Assembly (NCBI RefSeq): GCF_009914755.1
Contig: NC_060929.1
From: the human T2T-CHM13v2.0 reference genome, Homo sapiens
DNA length: 64,000 nt
Reading direction: 5' to 3' (one strand)
Shown here piece by piece: positions 1-16,520 of this stretch. A model generated the notes under the pieces. That model did no database searches. It saw only the letters and a program-made list of their open reading frames with translations, and was not told where the DNA came from. Position 1 is the first letter of the stretch. Every line of letters begins with the position of its first letter. Made by a program: the position numbers and the translations under genes.

Positions 1-66
1 CACTTGGGCCCAGGAGTTTGAGACCAGCCTGGGCAACATAGTGAGGCCCTGTCTCTATAAAAAATA
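1..66 (+). mobile_element. Alu monomer/left-arm end (cut by the window edge)
   Basis: CCCAGGAGTTTGAGACCAGCCTGGGCAAC. Confidence 0.85.
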
Positions 67-627
67 AGAGAGCAAAATAAAAAAAATTAATCTGATCTTC
101 TGTTATTGATTTAGCCATCAGTAGCTAAATCATGTTATTTTTATCTATAGTTCATTTCATAAACACATTTTGCTAGTTCTTGAATTGCTGTTTTCTATTC
201 TCTCTATACCTGAAAACTACACACATTAATATATTCTTGGGGAGACTGTCCTTCCACGTGCCACCCTTGAAACCTAAGAAAGTCTTTCACGGAATTTCTT
301 CATCATGTACCTATGCTCCTAAAATGGTCATCTGGATATGAAAAAAACAAAGTTACTTTTAGAACCTTAAATAAACAGAAAAGTTGGAGGAGAGGTAATG
401 AATCATTCTATCGTGGTAATTTCATTTCCACTATAAAACTTTTTCAGTAATATCCAATTGAAGGCCATAAAAATTTTTTAATTACTTAAATAATTTATAT
501 GGACTGATTTAGGGTAAGTTGACTCATTTCTTAAGAAGCATGGCTTTGTATTTGAAAAATTATATTTACTCTTTTAATGTCTAAATTCAAATTGATTCAA
601 ACAATTTTATGGACTTATTTAGGGTAA

Positions 628-1319
<692 letters not shown>

Positions 1320-1508
1320 TGAATTCAAACTGAAGAATACAAAAACAGGTAAGTTCCAGCACCGAAGACTGAGTGTGGCTGATACATGATAGTTTTACTC
1401 CTTTCAGAAGAAATCTTCAAAAAATAAATTTTTTAAGGCTAAAAATGAAATTATGTGTAGCCAGTGCCCTGGGTTGCATGGAAAACAACCTGAATCTGGT
1501 TCCAACTG

Positions 1509-1863
<355 letters not shown>

Positions 1864-2743
1864 CTAAACACCCAGAGAACATACCACTTTGGAATCAGGA
1901 GGCCAATTTGATTTTGATGGAAAATTATCCACCACTGATGGATTAGATCCTCTCCCACCTCCACAAAAACTGAGTTCCCTCTTGGATCTGGTTAGCTAAT
2001 TTCCTTTGCCGTCCATCAGTAAAATACCTGCCTCACCATCATTCTAGCACCTTCTCTGTCACAGCCCCAGCTCTGTCCCTTGCCCTGGGAATCTGCCTGC
2101 AGGACTGCTTGGAGGGCCAGCAGTCTCCCTTGACTTGGTTCTGCACCCGGGACTGACCGGCTACGTGGGCAGTGCAACCAGAACATCCCCCGTCACCGTT
2201 CCATTTCCGGAAAGTGAGGGTAAGAATCCCCGCTCAGGGCTGCCATGCAACCATTCATTCCTTCATCTCACATAGATTTACTGAGCGACTACACGTACTT
2301 ATAAACAGCAATTTGTAATGTAACATGCTCGGTGTTAATAGAGAGACTCAGGAGCTTCTGGAAGTTTGCACGTGCCTGAGAGGGATGCCAAGTGTTCTTC
2401 TAGACCACCCTGGGCTCCTTGGGAATTCACTCGTGTGGTCTGGAAACTGTACAGTGACAGTGGAACTAGCCGGTTACTCCTAGAAGGTCTCCAACTGAGG
2501 CTGAGGGGGAACCTGACGCAAAGCAGGTGGTCCCCCACGCAGGTCACCACATCCCCATGAGCAGGGAGCCCCACAGTGCAAGCTGCAGACCTCATCCTTC
2601 TGCCCACAGAACCCAACAGGTGGGATCGGGTGACTCAGCGAAAATGTCTAACACTTCCCTAGAGACAAAACATTTTTGGTCTAAAGTTTCTCATTTAGAT
2701 TCCCGAAAGCAGGGTACTCAAACACAAATTTAACCAAGCGCTA

Positions 2744-3121
<378 letters not shown>

Positions 3122-3178
3122 TAAGGGTAGAATCTCTGAGCTGTAATCACCCACCTTGATGGGCTTGTCTTGGCTTAC

Positions 3179-3336
3179 CTTGATATCTTGAATCAGCTGC
3201 TGGGTGGGGGTGTCGATCGGGGCCTTGGTGTCAGTCACGTTTTGAATGGCACTGGACCACCGGGTGGCCTCGTTGAGCAGCTTGGTGTAGAGCCGGTAAC
3301 AGTGCTTGCGCCCGTACACGGTGACGTTCCAGTAGC
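3179..3336 (-). CDS. MYO10: MYO10 exon (~33), end of PH3 and linker: GYWNVTVYGRKHCYRLYTKLLNEATRWSSAIQNVTDTKAPIDTPTQQLIQDIK
   Basis: GCAG| acceptor, AAG|GTAAGC donor; 158 nt, phase 1 to 0. Confidence 0.96.
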
Positions 3337-4028
3337 CTGCAATGGCAGGGGTGCCCAGCACACGCACGTCAACGCCAACCTCGGGGACTGAGGCAATGCC
3401 TGTGTCCTCTCTGACCTCAGTCCCTTTAATTATTCAATTCAATAGACACTGGCTTAATTCCTACATGTGTCCTGTCCTGCCCTGCACTAGGTATCTAGTG
3501 ATGAAGAAAAAAAGTGTCTCTTGCACTGTGACATTTACAGCTGAGATGGGGAGATGAGTATTAGAACAATAAACCCATCATTAAATATATAAAGATAAAT
3601 GATAACTGGCTCTGGAAGGGAAAAGGGTAAGTTAATGTCTCTTTTTGGGCTCTGGAACAGGAGTGAAAACTCTCTCTGATTTCTGACTTTCCTTCTTACT
3701 TCCTATTTCTTCCTTTCCTTTCTTTAGCCTCTCCCTTCAGAAGACAGCACTTGGCCTGGCAGTGTGTGAGTTCAGAGGCAAGCTGTCCGAACCGTCACCC
3801 AAACCTGACGCGAATGGAACAACTGTGTTAAACAGAAGCACAAGATCACAACCAGCAACAAAAATCAAAATAAGCCATCTTCTGGAAACACTTTTATAAT
3901 ACTACAAAAATTACAAGAAACCCTCTAAGTTACCTGTGTACTTTCTATGCTACTAGGCTAAGTTCATGGACAGTCAGGATTTATCTTTTACAGGTTGCAT
4001 AGGACGCTCATCGTACAATGATGGAAAA

Positions 4029-4250
4029 CAGCCTGGCCCACATGGTAAAACCTGGTCTCCACCAAAAAGTATAAAAATTAGCCCGGTGTGATGGTGCGTG
4101 CCTGTAGTCCTAGCTACTCCTCGCGAGGCTGAGGTGGGAGGATTGCTTGAGCCCTGGAAGGCTGTAGTGAACCAAGATTGCACCATTGCACTCCGGCCTG
4201 GGGAACAGTGTGAGACCCTGTCTCAAAAATGAGAAGAATAAAAATTAAAA
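4029..4250 (+). mobile_element. 5'-truncated AluJ-like
   Basis: Linker and right arm with A-rich tail. Confidence 0.85.
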
Positions 4251-4542
4251 GGATGAAAACAGTATATGAAAACCAAGCTTCCCGTACGATGCCCTGCATC
4301 TGTTGACATTTTCTTGTCCTTGCGAGAATCTTCCTACCACTCCATGAATCGACCTCTAGTACGGCTTAAACACTAAGTGGTCACATAGCTAACCCCAGAC
4401 AGGCTTAGAAGATATAAACCAAGAGGACAGCTTCTTTGGGGGGAAATAAAGTACACACTAGGAAGGAATCTTATTCCTTTGCCCGGAGCAAGCCCAGACT
4501 TTAAGATTTGATGCTCAGGGTTCGGGCAGCCAGCCTGGTTAC

Positions 4543-4737
4543 CTGTCTCTTTGAATATCTTCTCATCTGGGGGGACGACAGAGCAGAGGCTGTTGAGGAC
4601 CAGGGTCCCCAGTTTGAGCGCGTTCTTCTCTGAACTCTTGTAGTAATCCAGGGAATTGTGGGTGAGTACAAACCACCGTTTCTTCAGTTTCAGTGAAGAC
4701 ATCTTTGGACTGTTCTTCACCTCTTTGTGCAACCATC
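4543..4737 (-). CDS. MYO10: MYO10 exon (~32), PH3 N-part: GWLHKEVKNSPKMSSLKLKKRWFVLTHNSLDYYKSSEKNALKLGTLVLNSLCSVVPPDEKIFKET
   Basis: CCAG| acceptor, CAG|GTAACC donor; 195 nt; PH motif KKRWFVL. Confidence 0.97.
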
Positions 4738-5104
4738 CTGGAAAAAAAGATTAAAGTGTAAATTAAAATCTGTGAGGAGAAACCCCAAAGACCACACAAT
4801 CATCTGCATAATGCTAACACATGGGTGGGGTTTCTAGCTGTTTGCCAGAAAAAGACCACGAACACCCCAACCCGATGTAAATGGAACGACTACATGAAAG
4901 AAAAGCCCAAAATCACAACTAGCAACAAAAAACATGACCCTCTAGAAACACTTTATAATATCACAAATTAAAAATCACTTACAAAATCTCCAACAGTTAA
5001 AATGACTGGGAAAAGCAGCTCGAAATGAAAATGCTGCAGATGTCTATATGCAAATGGAAAGGGGAGTCTGTTAAGCAGACCGAGGAAGCAAGGCAGGCAG
5101 TCAC

Positions 5105-5247
5105 CTCTCACGATGAATTCCTGGCCCTCCACTCTGGTGTCCCCTTTGGACCTCTGCAGCAGGGTTATCCAGTGGTGCATCTCCTCCGGCGTGTCGGCGT
5201 TGCAGTGCAGCACCCGGTTGGCCGTGATGATCACAAACGAGTTGGGT
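5105..5247 (-). CDS. MYO10: MYO10 exon (~31), PH1 C-half: RPNSFVIITANRVLHCNADTPEEMHHWITLLQRSKGDTRVEGQEFIVR
   Basis: CTCAG| acceptor, GAG|GTGACT donor; 143 nt, phase 2 to 1. Confidence 0.96.
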
Positions 5248-7113
5248 CTGAGCCACAAGATGAGAAGGAAACAAAGCCCCTTAGCCCTACCGTCAGCATC
5301 ACCTCTGTGTGAACCGAGACTCAGTGCCTTCTTCCTGGCTTCTGGGTCACGGGATATACACTGCTAGGCTATCTGTGCTTTTATTAAGGCAAACGTTGCT
5401 CATTTCTGCAGAATTTCTTTTACGCATCATTAACCTTTAAACTTGGAGCAACACATTCATTCTGAAGGTCCTGGAAGGGAAAACATTTCTTCATGCAAAA
5501 CTTTCCAGATGAAACTCAGTTCCGGGAAGGCTAAACAAGGTGACCATGAGGGAAAATTTTTTTTTGATGCCTCTCCAAAGTCAATTTCTTCCTGCCTTGG
5601 GTAATATTTCTGTGGGTTGGTAATGAAATGTCAGACACCAGCAATAAAAGAGGATCAGTAAATAGGTGTAGGTGGAGCATCTTAAATGCTTGATTACGCT
5701 TTATACAAAAAGCCACCTGGGTCCGGGTTTCCAAAGTGATCTAACAAGGGTGCATTTCCTAGTCACGGATAACGTGATAATGGAAATTTACTTTCTCCCT
5801 CACCTCTTTTTGTCTGGAAATGCCCTGAACCTCTCTCATAGGCCCTTGCTAATATAAATACTAACTCCTCTATCTAACGGCTTAAGCTAGAGAACGTGAA
5901 CTCTTTCTTGCAAGTCTTCAAATGTTCACTGTAGTTAGGTGACACAAAAATTTAAGAAAAAGAGTAACTGGACTGCAGGACACAGGAAAAGCTATGCAAA
6001 CAGGCTAAACTTGAGGTGCCCCTTAAAAATAAAAAAAAAAAAAAGCCTTTTTCTATAGTTGGCAAGGGAGAAAAGTGGCCAGTTGAGGAAGAGAGAAAAC
6101 CCTGAATGAGGATGCAAAATTCTAAGGATGGATCATCACATGCCCAGCCTGGAGGAGTGAAGGGCTTGGGAGAGTAAAGATGTGGAGAAGGTAAGGTAGA
6201 AACTCACATACCAGAATAAGAAGCACCAGGGCTTTGATTACGGATATGACACATACGTGTTAAAGATTCCTGAGCCAGTTATAAGGGGTGCAAGCTGACT
6301 ACTAAAAACAAAGGACCCATGGTTCAGAAGGGCTCTTGTCAACGGGAGGGTGACTGACAGAGACCCCAGCACTCTAACTCTGCCAAGGAGGCACTATATT
6401 TTGTTGTCAATTTTAACACACTCGTATTCACTTTCCAGCATCTTACTGAGGGCAGAAGACAATTTTGATTCTTTCTCTGGTCCGTCCTAGAGAAACTTTT
6501 CTTAAATTCTGCTGCAGGCCAGAAGTAGAACTTACAAGATAATACAGAAAAACAGAGACAATAAAGATGAAGTTCACTGGGCACAAAGACGCGTAAGATC
6601 ATCTCCAAAGATGATTTGCCTTCAAAAATCAAAACCAAAAAGGGTGCCAAGAAAGAAGAAATGTCAAGGAAAATCAATGTTTGTGGTTTATTAATACTCT
6701 ACATATACATTATCATCAAAATCCTTTTCAAGTTTATCGTTAAGTTCAGAAAGGAGAATGACTCCCTTCCCCTTTGCTGGAATATCATTTTCCTAAACAG
6801 GCATTTTCTTCCTGTATAAATCCCAAGTTTGTCCCTGTATACACATTAAAAATACTCCTCATGCTTTTTAAAATTGTCCAGGTTCCCACGGTTTTCCCCA
6901 GGACTCCAAAGATACCCAGAGAAGGAGACTTCCAGGTGATGTAAAATTGGGTACCAAGAAGGAAGACTGGATTGCTGGGGTTGACAAGGTGGGAACACAC
7001 AGCCTTGCGTGATTTCACAGCCCTGTGAAGAGGGTCGTGACCCAGCAGCACAGACACCTGTGGACACACACAGGTGATGAGCTGTTTTTGTTAAGAGCCA
7101 CATCTGAGCTTAC

Positions 7114-7169
7114 CTATCAGGGCTGTCAGAGGCACACACAGAATCAATCAGCCCCACATCCAAGGTGCC
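7114..7169 (-). CDS. MYO10: MYO10 exon (~30): GTLDVGLIDSVCASDSPD(R)
   Basis: TTTTCCAG| acceptor, TAG|GTAAGC donor; 56 nt; phases fit neighbouring exons. Confidence 0.95.
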
Positions 7170-7472
7170 CTGGAAAAGAACAAAAAGTAAACAGAATGAG
7201 AGAAGCACTAAAGTAGGGTGCACACTACAGTAACACCTCTAGCCCACAACTCCCAATCAGACAGAAAAGGCTCTTTTCTTTTTAACTTCAAAATAATAGT
7301 TATCTATGAGACGACTCCTCTGTTGTGTGAGTACAAATAGCCTCTACACGGAGCAGAATCTATAGGCCATTTATTTTTTAAAATTACAAGTTAATCATTA
7401 CCTCTTAACCTTTCAATAATTTATTTCTTTGTTTTTAAAAATATTTTAACTAAGTTTTCTACAAGTACCTCT

Positions 7473-7777
7473 ATTTTAATTTAATTTGTTTGTTTTTGAA
7501 ACAGAGTTTCACTCTGTTGCCCAGGCTGCGCAATGGTGTGATCTCAGCTCAACGCAACCTCTGCCTTCCAGGTTCAAGTGATTCTCGTGCCTCAGCCTCC
7601 TAAGTAGCTAGGACTACAGGTGTGGGCCACCACACCTGGATAATTTTGTGTTTTAGTAGAGATGGGGTCTCGCCATGTTGGCCAGGCTGGTCTCAAATTC
7701 CTGGCGGCCTCAAGTGATCCACCCGCCTTGGCCTCCCAAAGTATTGGGATTACAGGTCTGAGCTTCCGCACCTGGCC
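7473..7777 (-). mobile_element. AluS
   Basis: Full dimer. Confidence 0.92.
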
Positions 7778-8007
7778 CCTCTTATTCTTAAAATATGTTC
7801 AGTGAACAGTGTTTATGACCTTCTTTCAATAGTACAAATTTCCTGATTATATTGTGTCCTTTAATTAAATCTTACACTTCTTCTCCTAAGAAACTTTATT
7901 TCAAGATTTTCTGATGAGGAAATAAAACTTGATTTCCAAAGCAGGGTTTTGTAACTTTGTGTATGTGTCTGGGATAGAGGGAAGACAAAGAATACAATTT
8001 GGATTTC

Positions 8008-8298
8008 GGCCCAGCACAGTGGTTCACGCCTGTATCACCACTTTGGGAGGCTGAGGCATGTGGATTGCCTGAGCTCAGGAGTTCCAGACCAGACTGGGCA
8101 ACATAGTGAAACCCTGTTTCTACTAAAATACAAAAAATTAGCCGGGTGTGGCGGCAAGCGCCTGTAGTCCCAGCTACTTGGGAGGCTGAGGCAGGAGAAT
8201 TGCTTGAACCTGGAGGCGGAGGTTGCAGTGAACTGAGATCTCGCCACTGCACTTCAGCCTGGGTGACAGAGTGAGACTCCATCTCAAAAAAAAAAAAT
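8008..8298 (+). mobile_element. AluS
   Basis: Full dimer; TSD AAGAATACAATTTRGATTTC. Confidence 0.93.
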
Positions 8299-8406
8299 AA
8301 GAATACAATTTAGATTTCACCAAGTCCTCTGAAGAGTAAGTGTGATGTGTACTTCCGTGACTTCATAAAAAGTAGGATTATTTCTTTTGTTCTTTTAAAG
8401 GTTTGA

Positions 8407-8750
<344 letters not shown>

Positions 8751-8977
8751 TTAATTTACTGTATTTATTATTGTATTATATTGTACCACTTATTATATTT
8801 ATTATTGTATTGATTCTAAACTCAAATGGTCCTGTTTTTCTCCTTAATTATTCTATATTTACCTTTTAAAAAAAGACTGTCTGGAAATTCCCAATCTTTC
8901 CCTTTTTTACCATCCTGACGCCCTCCCCGTCCCTGCCCCTAGACGCCCCACCCCCATCCCACACAGTGCTCCCGTAC

Positions 8978-9071
8978 CACAGCATTCTGTGGGTTTGCCT
9001 GCTCATCATGCATCTCCTGGATCTCCTGGTCCGTGGACGCGTGGACCTGACTCAGCACGCTGAACCACTGG
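8978..9071 (-). CDS. MYO10: MYO10 exon (~29), end of PH2: (S)QWFSVLSQVHASTDQEIQEMHDEQANPQNAV
   Basis: CACAG| acceptor, GTG|GTACGG donor; 94 nt. Confidence 0.95.
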
Positions 9072-9518
9072 CTGTGGGGAAGAGAGAGCAACTGTCAAGG
9101 AGAGGCCAACCTCGTACTGGCAAAGCAATAGTGCCCTACTGCACGTGCTCTGTGAAAATGACATCTCTAAGCACCTTTGCTTTTAATTTGATTACTTCTT
9201 AGGGGTAAATGTCAGTTTCATTACCAAAGAATAAAGTGAGAAGAAGCAGATAAAGTACGTGTAAATGCCTTTTAGTGCTATATTATGTTCTAACTTTAGG
9301 TCAATGGACGGCCTTTTCTCCAGGTCCCATAGACCTTTACAGACATTTGACGATGATGAATGAGTTCCTTGAGAAATTAACAGCAAATAATAAAATCCTC
9401 AGTTCTACCCAAAATACTTATATCAAGGATCCTTACTTAAGATATTACTTATAAACTAGGGAACATTCAGATGCTTTTTCTGTTTTAAAAAATAAATTTT
9501 AAGGTGAGAAGATCAATA

Positions 9519-10116
<598 letters not shown>

Positions 10117-10280
10117 TAACAGCATTTCTACTCAAGTCAATAAAACCACAGGAGAGTTGGAAATGAAAAATAACTGTTTTAAAGTAGAAAACTATTTTGA
10201 CCAGAGAACTCTTCCATCTTTATTTCAAATGAGTACTCTCACATCCAACCTCATCACAATCAGAAAATAAAGGAAAACGT

Positions 10281-10596
<316 letters not shown>

Positions 10597-11701
10597 TCAA
10601 CTTAAGAAAAATCAAGCAGAACAAAGCATCAGGAAAATGACTATGAACAGACACGCATCCATCTAGCATTTACTGACCAACTACAAAATGTGAGCGCTAT
10701 CAAATATGAAAGAGACGCTAGGGTATCCTTCTCCTGCTGGGGGCTTATAAGACACAAAATATATATATACTCCTACTGTTTAAGGCAGAGGGGAAGTACT
10801 TGGTATCCAATGGCATGTTTAAGTTAAAAAAATGACACCATATGTAAAGGTAGGCTGTGCAAACGATTTACAGCAAAGCACTAAAATCTATCTCGCGTGC
10901 TTCCTAAGGGAGAAAAATGTGACTACAAGCTTGAAAATATTCAACATATACAAGAGATATGCATATCTCTTGTATACAACAAGGAAAACACTTTAATATA
11001 AATTTGCACTATCCATTCTGGTTAACCAAACAGCAAGACTTCATTGCTTTGCTCATCTCAAAAATATCCCAAATTAAACATTGAAAAAGACATACATTCA
11101 AGTTGTAGGAATCACATACACAAAGGCATCAAATTTGTTGCACTTTCAATTCTGTCTAGATTAGACTCTTAAATTTATAAATTTCTTCTCTTGAATCAAG
11201 TATAACTTGGAATCTGAAAAGGAATTTTTTTAAAATAGTGTTCCACTGGTCAGGAGAAAAAGTCCTTGGCTAAAATATTCCAAAGGTTAAATTTAGCAGG
11301 TTCATCGTGGCATAAAACAGACAGGGCAGCTGCCAAACGCTGGGCCTATAATTCAGCTGAAAAGCTGCAGGCATTCCCTGGGCCACAAACAACCACATGT
11401 GGTCTCCAGGAGTCCCAGACAGAATGATGGGCTATAATTCCAGGTTTGCTTGTTTTTCCAGTTTGTGTTAGAATTTATGGGTCTAAGCAGGTGTTTTAGT
11501 TTGTTCCCATGGGAAGAATTATTTTCTGGTGTCTTTACCCTTAATGTTGCTATCATGGTACTGTATCAACTCAGAAAGATTCAAAGGGCAAGGGGTAGTG
11601 AGGGGTCCTGAGAACATACTAGAAGGTCCTAATGATCTTGGGGCTGAGAATTGAAGAATTCGGCTATTGGATGTTACCCTCGTAAATTAAAAGACGTTCT
11701 C

Positions 11702-12007
<306 letters not shown>

Positions 12008-12349
12008 GATGTTCTCTAGCATTGCTCAGACACCTCCAGCATAACCCTGCAGACTCACAAACTCACAAGCTGCAGGAATAGACAGGACAGACGTTCCACG
12101 GTGTCAGATCCACAAGGTGACCCTGTGATCCATCACACTGAAGAGCAAATGCTAAGTCTCCTTAATTTTGTGCTATGTCTCCTCAGCACTCCAGCATGGA
12201 AACCTGAAGTCCAGGAAGCTACAGACAACTTGCCCCAGCCAATGAAGGCCTCCACCCTCTTCTAATCTCAGTCAAAAGTTAAAGCTCCTTAGGAGCAAAT
12301 GTTTTTAAGAAGTTCAATGTCTCCATTCAACAGAATTGAGGTTGCACTG

Positions 12350-12560
12350 CATTACAAATGATACTAACCGTTCTCTGTACCCTAGTCTCTTATTCTGCAA
12401 AGTATGGATGATGGTAATAATTAATGTCTACCTTGCAGGATCCAAGAGAATCAAAAGAGTTAATATTTATGAAGCATTTAGAATACTTCCTGAAATACTT
12501 AGGTATGAAACATTTAGAATATTAGCCTGAAATATAATTGTGATTACTTTTGCACCAAGC
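12350..12560 (+). mobile_element. MIR fragment
   Basis: TCTCTGTACCCTAGTCTCTTATTCTGCAAAGTATGGATGATGGTAATA core-like sequence. Confidence 0.55.
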
Positions 12561-13066
12561 TAATAGTAAGTTCTGTGTAAGTTAGTACCTCTTCCATTGA
12601 ATTCTTCAATATTAAGATCTTTAAAACCCCCCAGTGCCATAGCACTATCAGTTACTTAAACAGCCATTAGTTACTGCTCCCTGCCCTTTTTCGTCCTTAT
12701 GCAAACACAAACGATTCACTTTCAAAGCTCAGAAGCTTCCAGAGGGTAGATTTTCAGCTTCATGCAGCTGTATAATTTACACACGCTACCGGTGACAGTA
12801 ACAGCCTGAGAGACAGGTGACAATGGATCTGTCTAGTGGCACTGGAGGCTGGAAATCCTGAACTCTGTGCTGTACTTGAACACATTTGCCCAGGGAAAGA
12901 TTCCCCAAGGGACAAGTGCATCAATCTTGTATGACTCTTGGTTCTTCAAAAAAAGTCAATTAAAATTTTTCAAGGCCAGTACAGTAAACAGTGCTCTGTG
13001 TGATGCTCACACCTGTGCATGAGGGAGCAGGATGTGGGTAACACAAAGTCAACAGCGCAGACTCAC

Positions 13067-13162
13067 CTGGCATCTTCTGGGGACTCTGCAATCAGGTGGA
13101 AAGTCCTATCGGCCATAATGATGTCGATCCCATTCTCCTTGGTGGTGTTATCTATGATCTCT
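13067..13162 (-). CDS. MYO10: MYO10 exon (~28), PH2: (K)EIIDNTTKENGIDIIMADRTFHLIAESPEDA(S)
   Basis: TTTGCAG| acceptor, CAG|GTGAGT donor; 96 nt. Confidence 0.96.
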
Positions 13163-13283
13163 CTGCAAAGAAGCAAAAGCAACAAACGCACATCAGGAAC
13201 ACCAAATTCTGAATAACTGAGGAAAGCAACTAATGAAGCCAATGACTAGAGTTGGGAACTGTCTGTTACTGACGAAACGGTAC

Positions 13284-13630
13284 ACAGTTGGCTCTCCATA
13301 TCTGCGAGTTCAGGATTTGTGGGTTCTGCACCTGTGGATTCAACCAGCAGCAGATCAAAAATAAAAATCCAATTTAAAAAATAATAATACTACAAATTAA
13401 AAAACAATACAGTGTAACTACTATTTACAATGCATTTGCATCATACTAGCTATTGTAAGTAATCTAGAGACGATTTGAAGCATGTGGGAGAATATGCATA
13501 GGTTACATGCAATGACTACATCCTTTTATAGCAGGAACTCGAGCATCTGGGGATTTTGATGGCTGCAGTGGGGTGGGGAGTGGGGTGGTGGTTCTGGAAC
13601 CCGTCACCAAAAGACATGGAGGGACCTACA
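13284..13630 (-). mobile_element. MER2 (TcMar-Tigger) DNA transposon
   Basis: GTGGATTCAACC...GTAAGTAATCTAGAGACGATTT...GAGCATCTGGGGATTTTG. Confidence 0.8.
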
Positions 13631-14230
13631 ATGGTTTTTCTTTTAGCAATGATGAAGACACCCTCTAGGGGGAGCCAGTCTCATCTCTGCTGCCCAGGGA
13701 GGAGGCTGCTGGTGTGGCCAGGGATAGCAGGGTTCCCCTGACTTCTCTAGGGGAGAGGCTCTCTCCCCTCACACTGGTCTGCCCAATGCCCACCCCTGCT
13801 CAGGACCCAGACAGGCCAGAGGCAGCAGCCCCCACTCCTGCCTGCAACTTCCTTTGGACCCTTTCTCAAATCTACAAAAGCCAACCTCGGCCCGGCGTGA
13901 GCTCTTTCCCTAATTCATCACAGCTCTCTCCCAGCTTAAGGCCAGGGCATCTGCGTCTGAATTCTGCTTGAGATGTGCACATTATTTCCATCAGGGGTGC
14001 TGGGAGTGAGGCGCAGGATTTGGGGTGTTTGGTCTCAATACCATCTTGATCTCATCTGCAACCCTCCCTAAACAACACTAGAGAAATAAAATTGGTGAAC
14101 CAGGTTAACAAAATCAGGGTAAAACAGCAGCAGATGTTAGGATCAGACCAGAGATAGTAATACGTTTGATGAAGAAGGGTTTGGGGCATAAAGCCAGCTT
14201 GCTCTGATAACTAAAGAAGTGCAAATGTTC

Positions 14231-14556
<326 letters not shown>

Positions 14557-14658
14557 TTACAGCAACAAAACTAAAATAGTCTGGTTAGAAAATAAGTATT
14601 ATCTGACCTCATAGCTAGAATCACTGAGATGAAATATTTAAAAAAAAATCAAGATCAG

Positions 14659-15002
<344 letters not shown>

Positions 15003-15378
15003 CTAAACCTTCTTAACGGAAATCAATACCAACACAAGTGAAGCACTCTTAAACAGAAAGAAAACCTGAACTCGATCACTCTCTAGGTCTAATGACCAAT
15101 TCACAAGAAACAAATGAGAAAGAGAAACACGTTCAAACACGTGCCCATATAGGGTTGGTGAAATCTAGAAACCATGGGATAAGCGAGCTAACATGTTCCA
15201 TTACAAACAGCAAGTGAAAGAAAGGCAGAGGGGCATCTATACATTAAAAGAGACTTGAGTGATCTAAAAACCAGTGACAACATCTAGACCTCATTTGGAT
15301 TCTGACTTGAAGAAAATAACTATAAAACCAACCCAAACCAACAAGAACACTACCACCTCCACTTATAAGGAAACTGCA

Positions 15379-15733
<355 letters not shown>

Positions 15734-16240
15734 TTAGGAGCTAACATTATTTTTTTAATGTCATAATGGTATTGTGATTATGTATTAGAATGTTTAAATA
15801 CCTACTAAATATTTACAGAAGAAATTATATGATAGGGACTTGCTATAAAAGGAGGTAGTTTGCTGGGGGAGCGGACTGGATAGAACTGTGGATGAAACAC
15901 TCTTGGCCATGGGTGGATAGCCACCGAAAGCTCTGGAATAAGTCCGTGGTTTATTATATTCTTCCACCCACTCTTGCCCATGATTGAAGTTTTCCATAAT
16001 AACTCACTGTTCCTGTTCTATAGGTGACAGAAATGGCTGAATAAGAGCTAACATTTCCATAACTCAGTATAATTCTGATGAAGCACCTAAGAATAGAGCT
16101 TTTATTAAGCAGCATACAAAGTGAGTTGCAAAAGAAACATACATCAATGTACTCTGGTGAAATTCAATACTATGCCTCCCTCTCTCACAGCTTCTTGGTG
16201 CTTGTGGCCCCTTCTATGGGATAATTAAAGAGAAACATCA

Positions 16241-16520
16241 TGGCCGTAATCCCAGCACTTGGGAGACCAAGGCAGGCGGATGGCTTTGAACCCACGAGTT
16301 TGAGACCAGCCTGGGCAACATGGCGAAACCCCGTCTCTACCAATAATACAAAAAATTAGCCTGGCGTGGTGGCACACACCTATAGTCCCAACAACTCGGG
16401 AGGCTGAGGTGGGAGGATCACCTGAGCCCAGGAAGTTGAGGCTGCAGTGAGCCGAGATCGTGTCACTGCACTCCAGCCTGGGCAATGGGAGTGAGACCCT
16501 GTCAGTCAATCAATTGATCT
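16241..16520 (+). mobile_element. AluJ
   Basis: Dimer with (TCAA)n tail. Confidence 0.9.
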
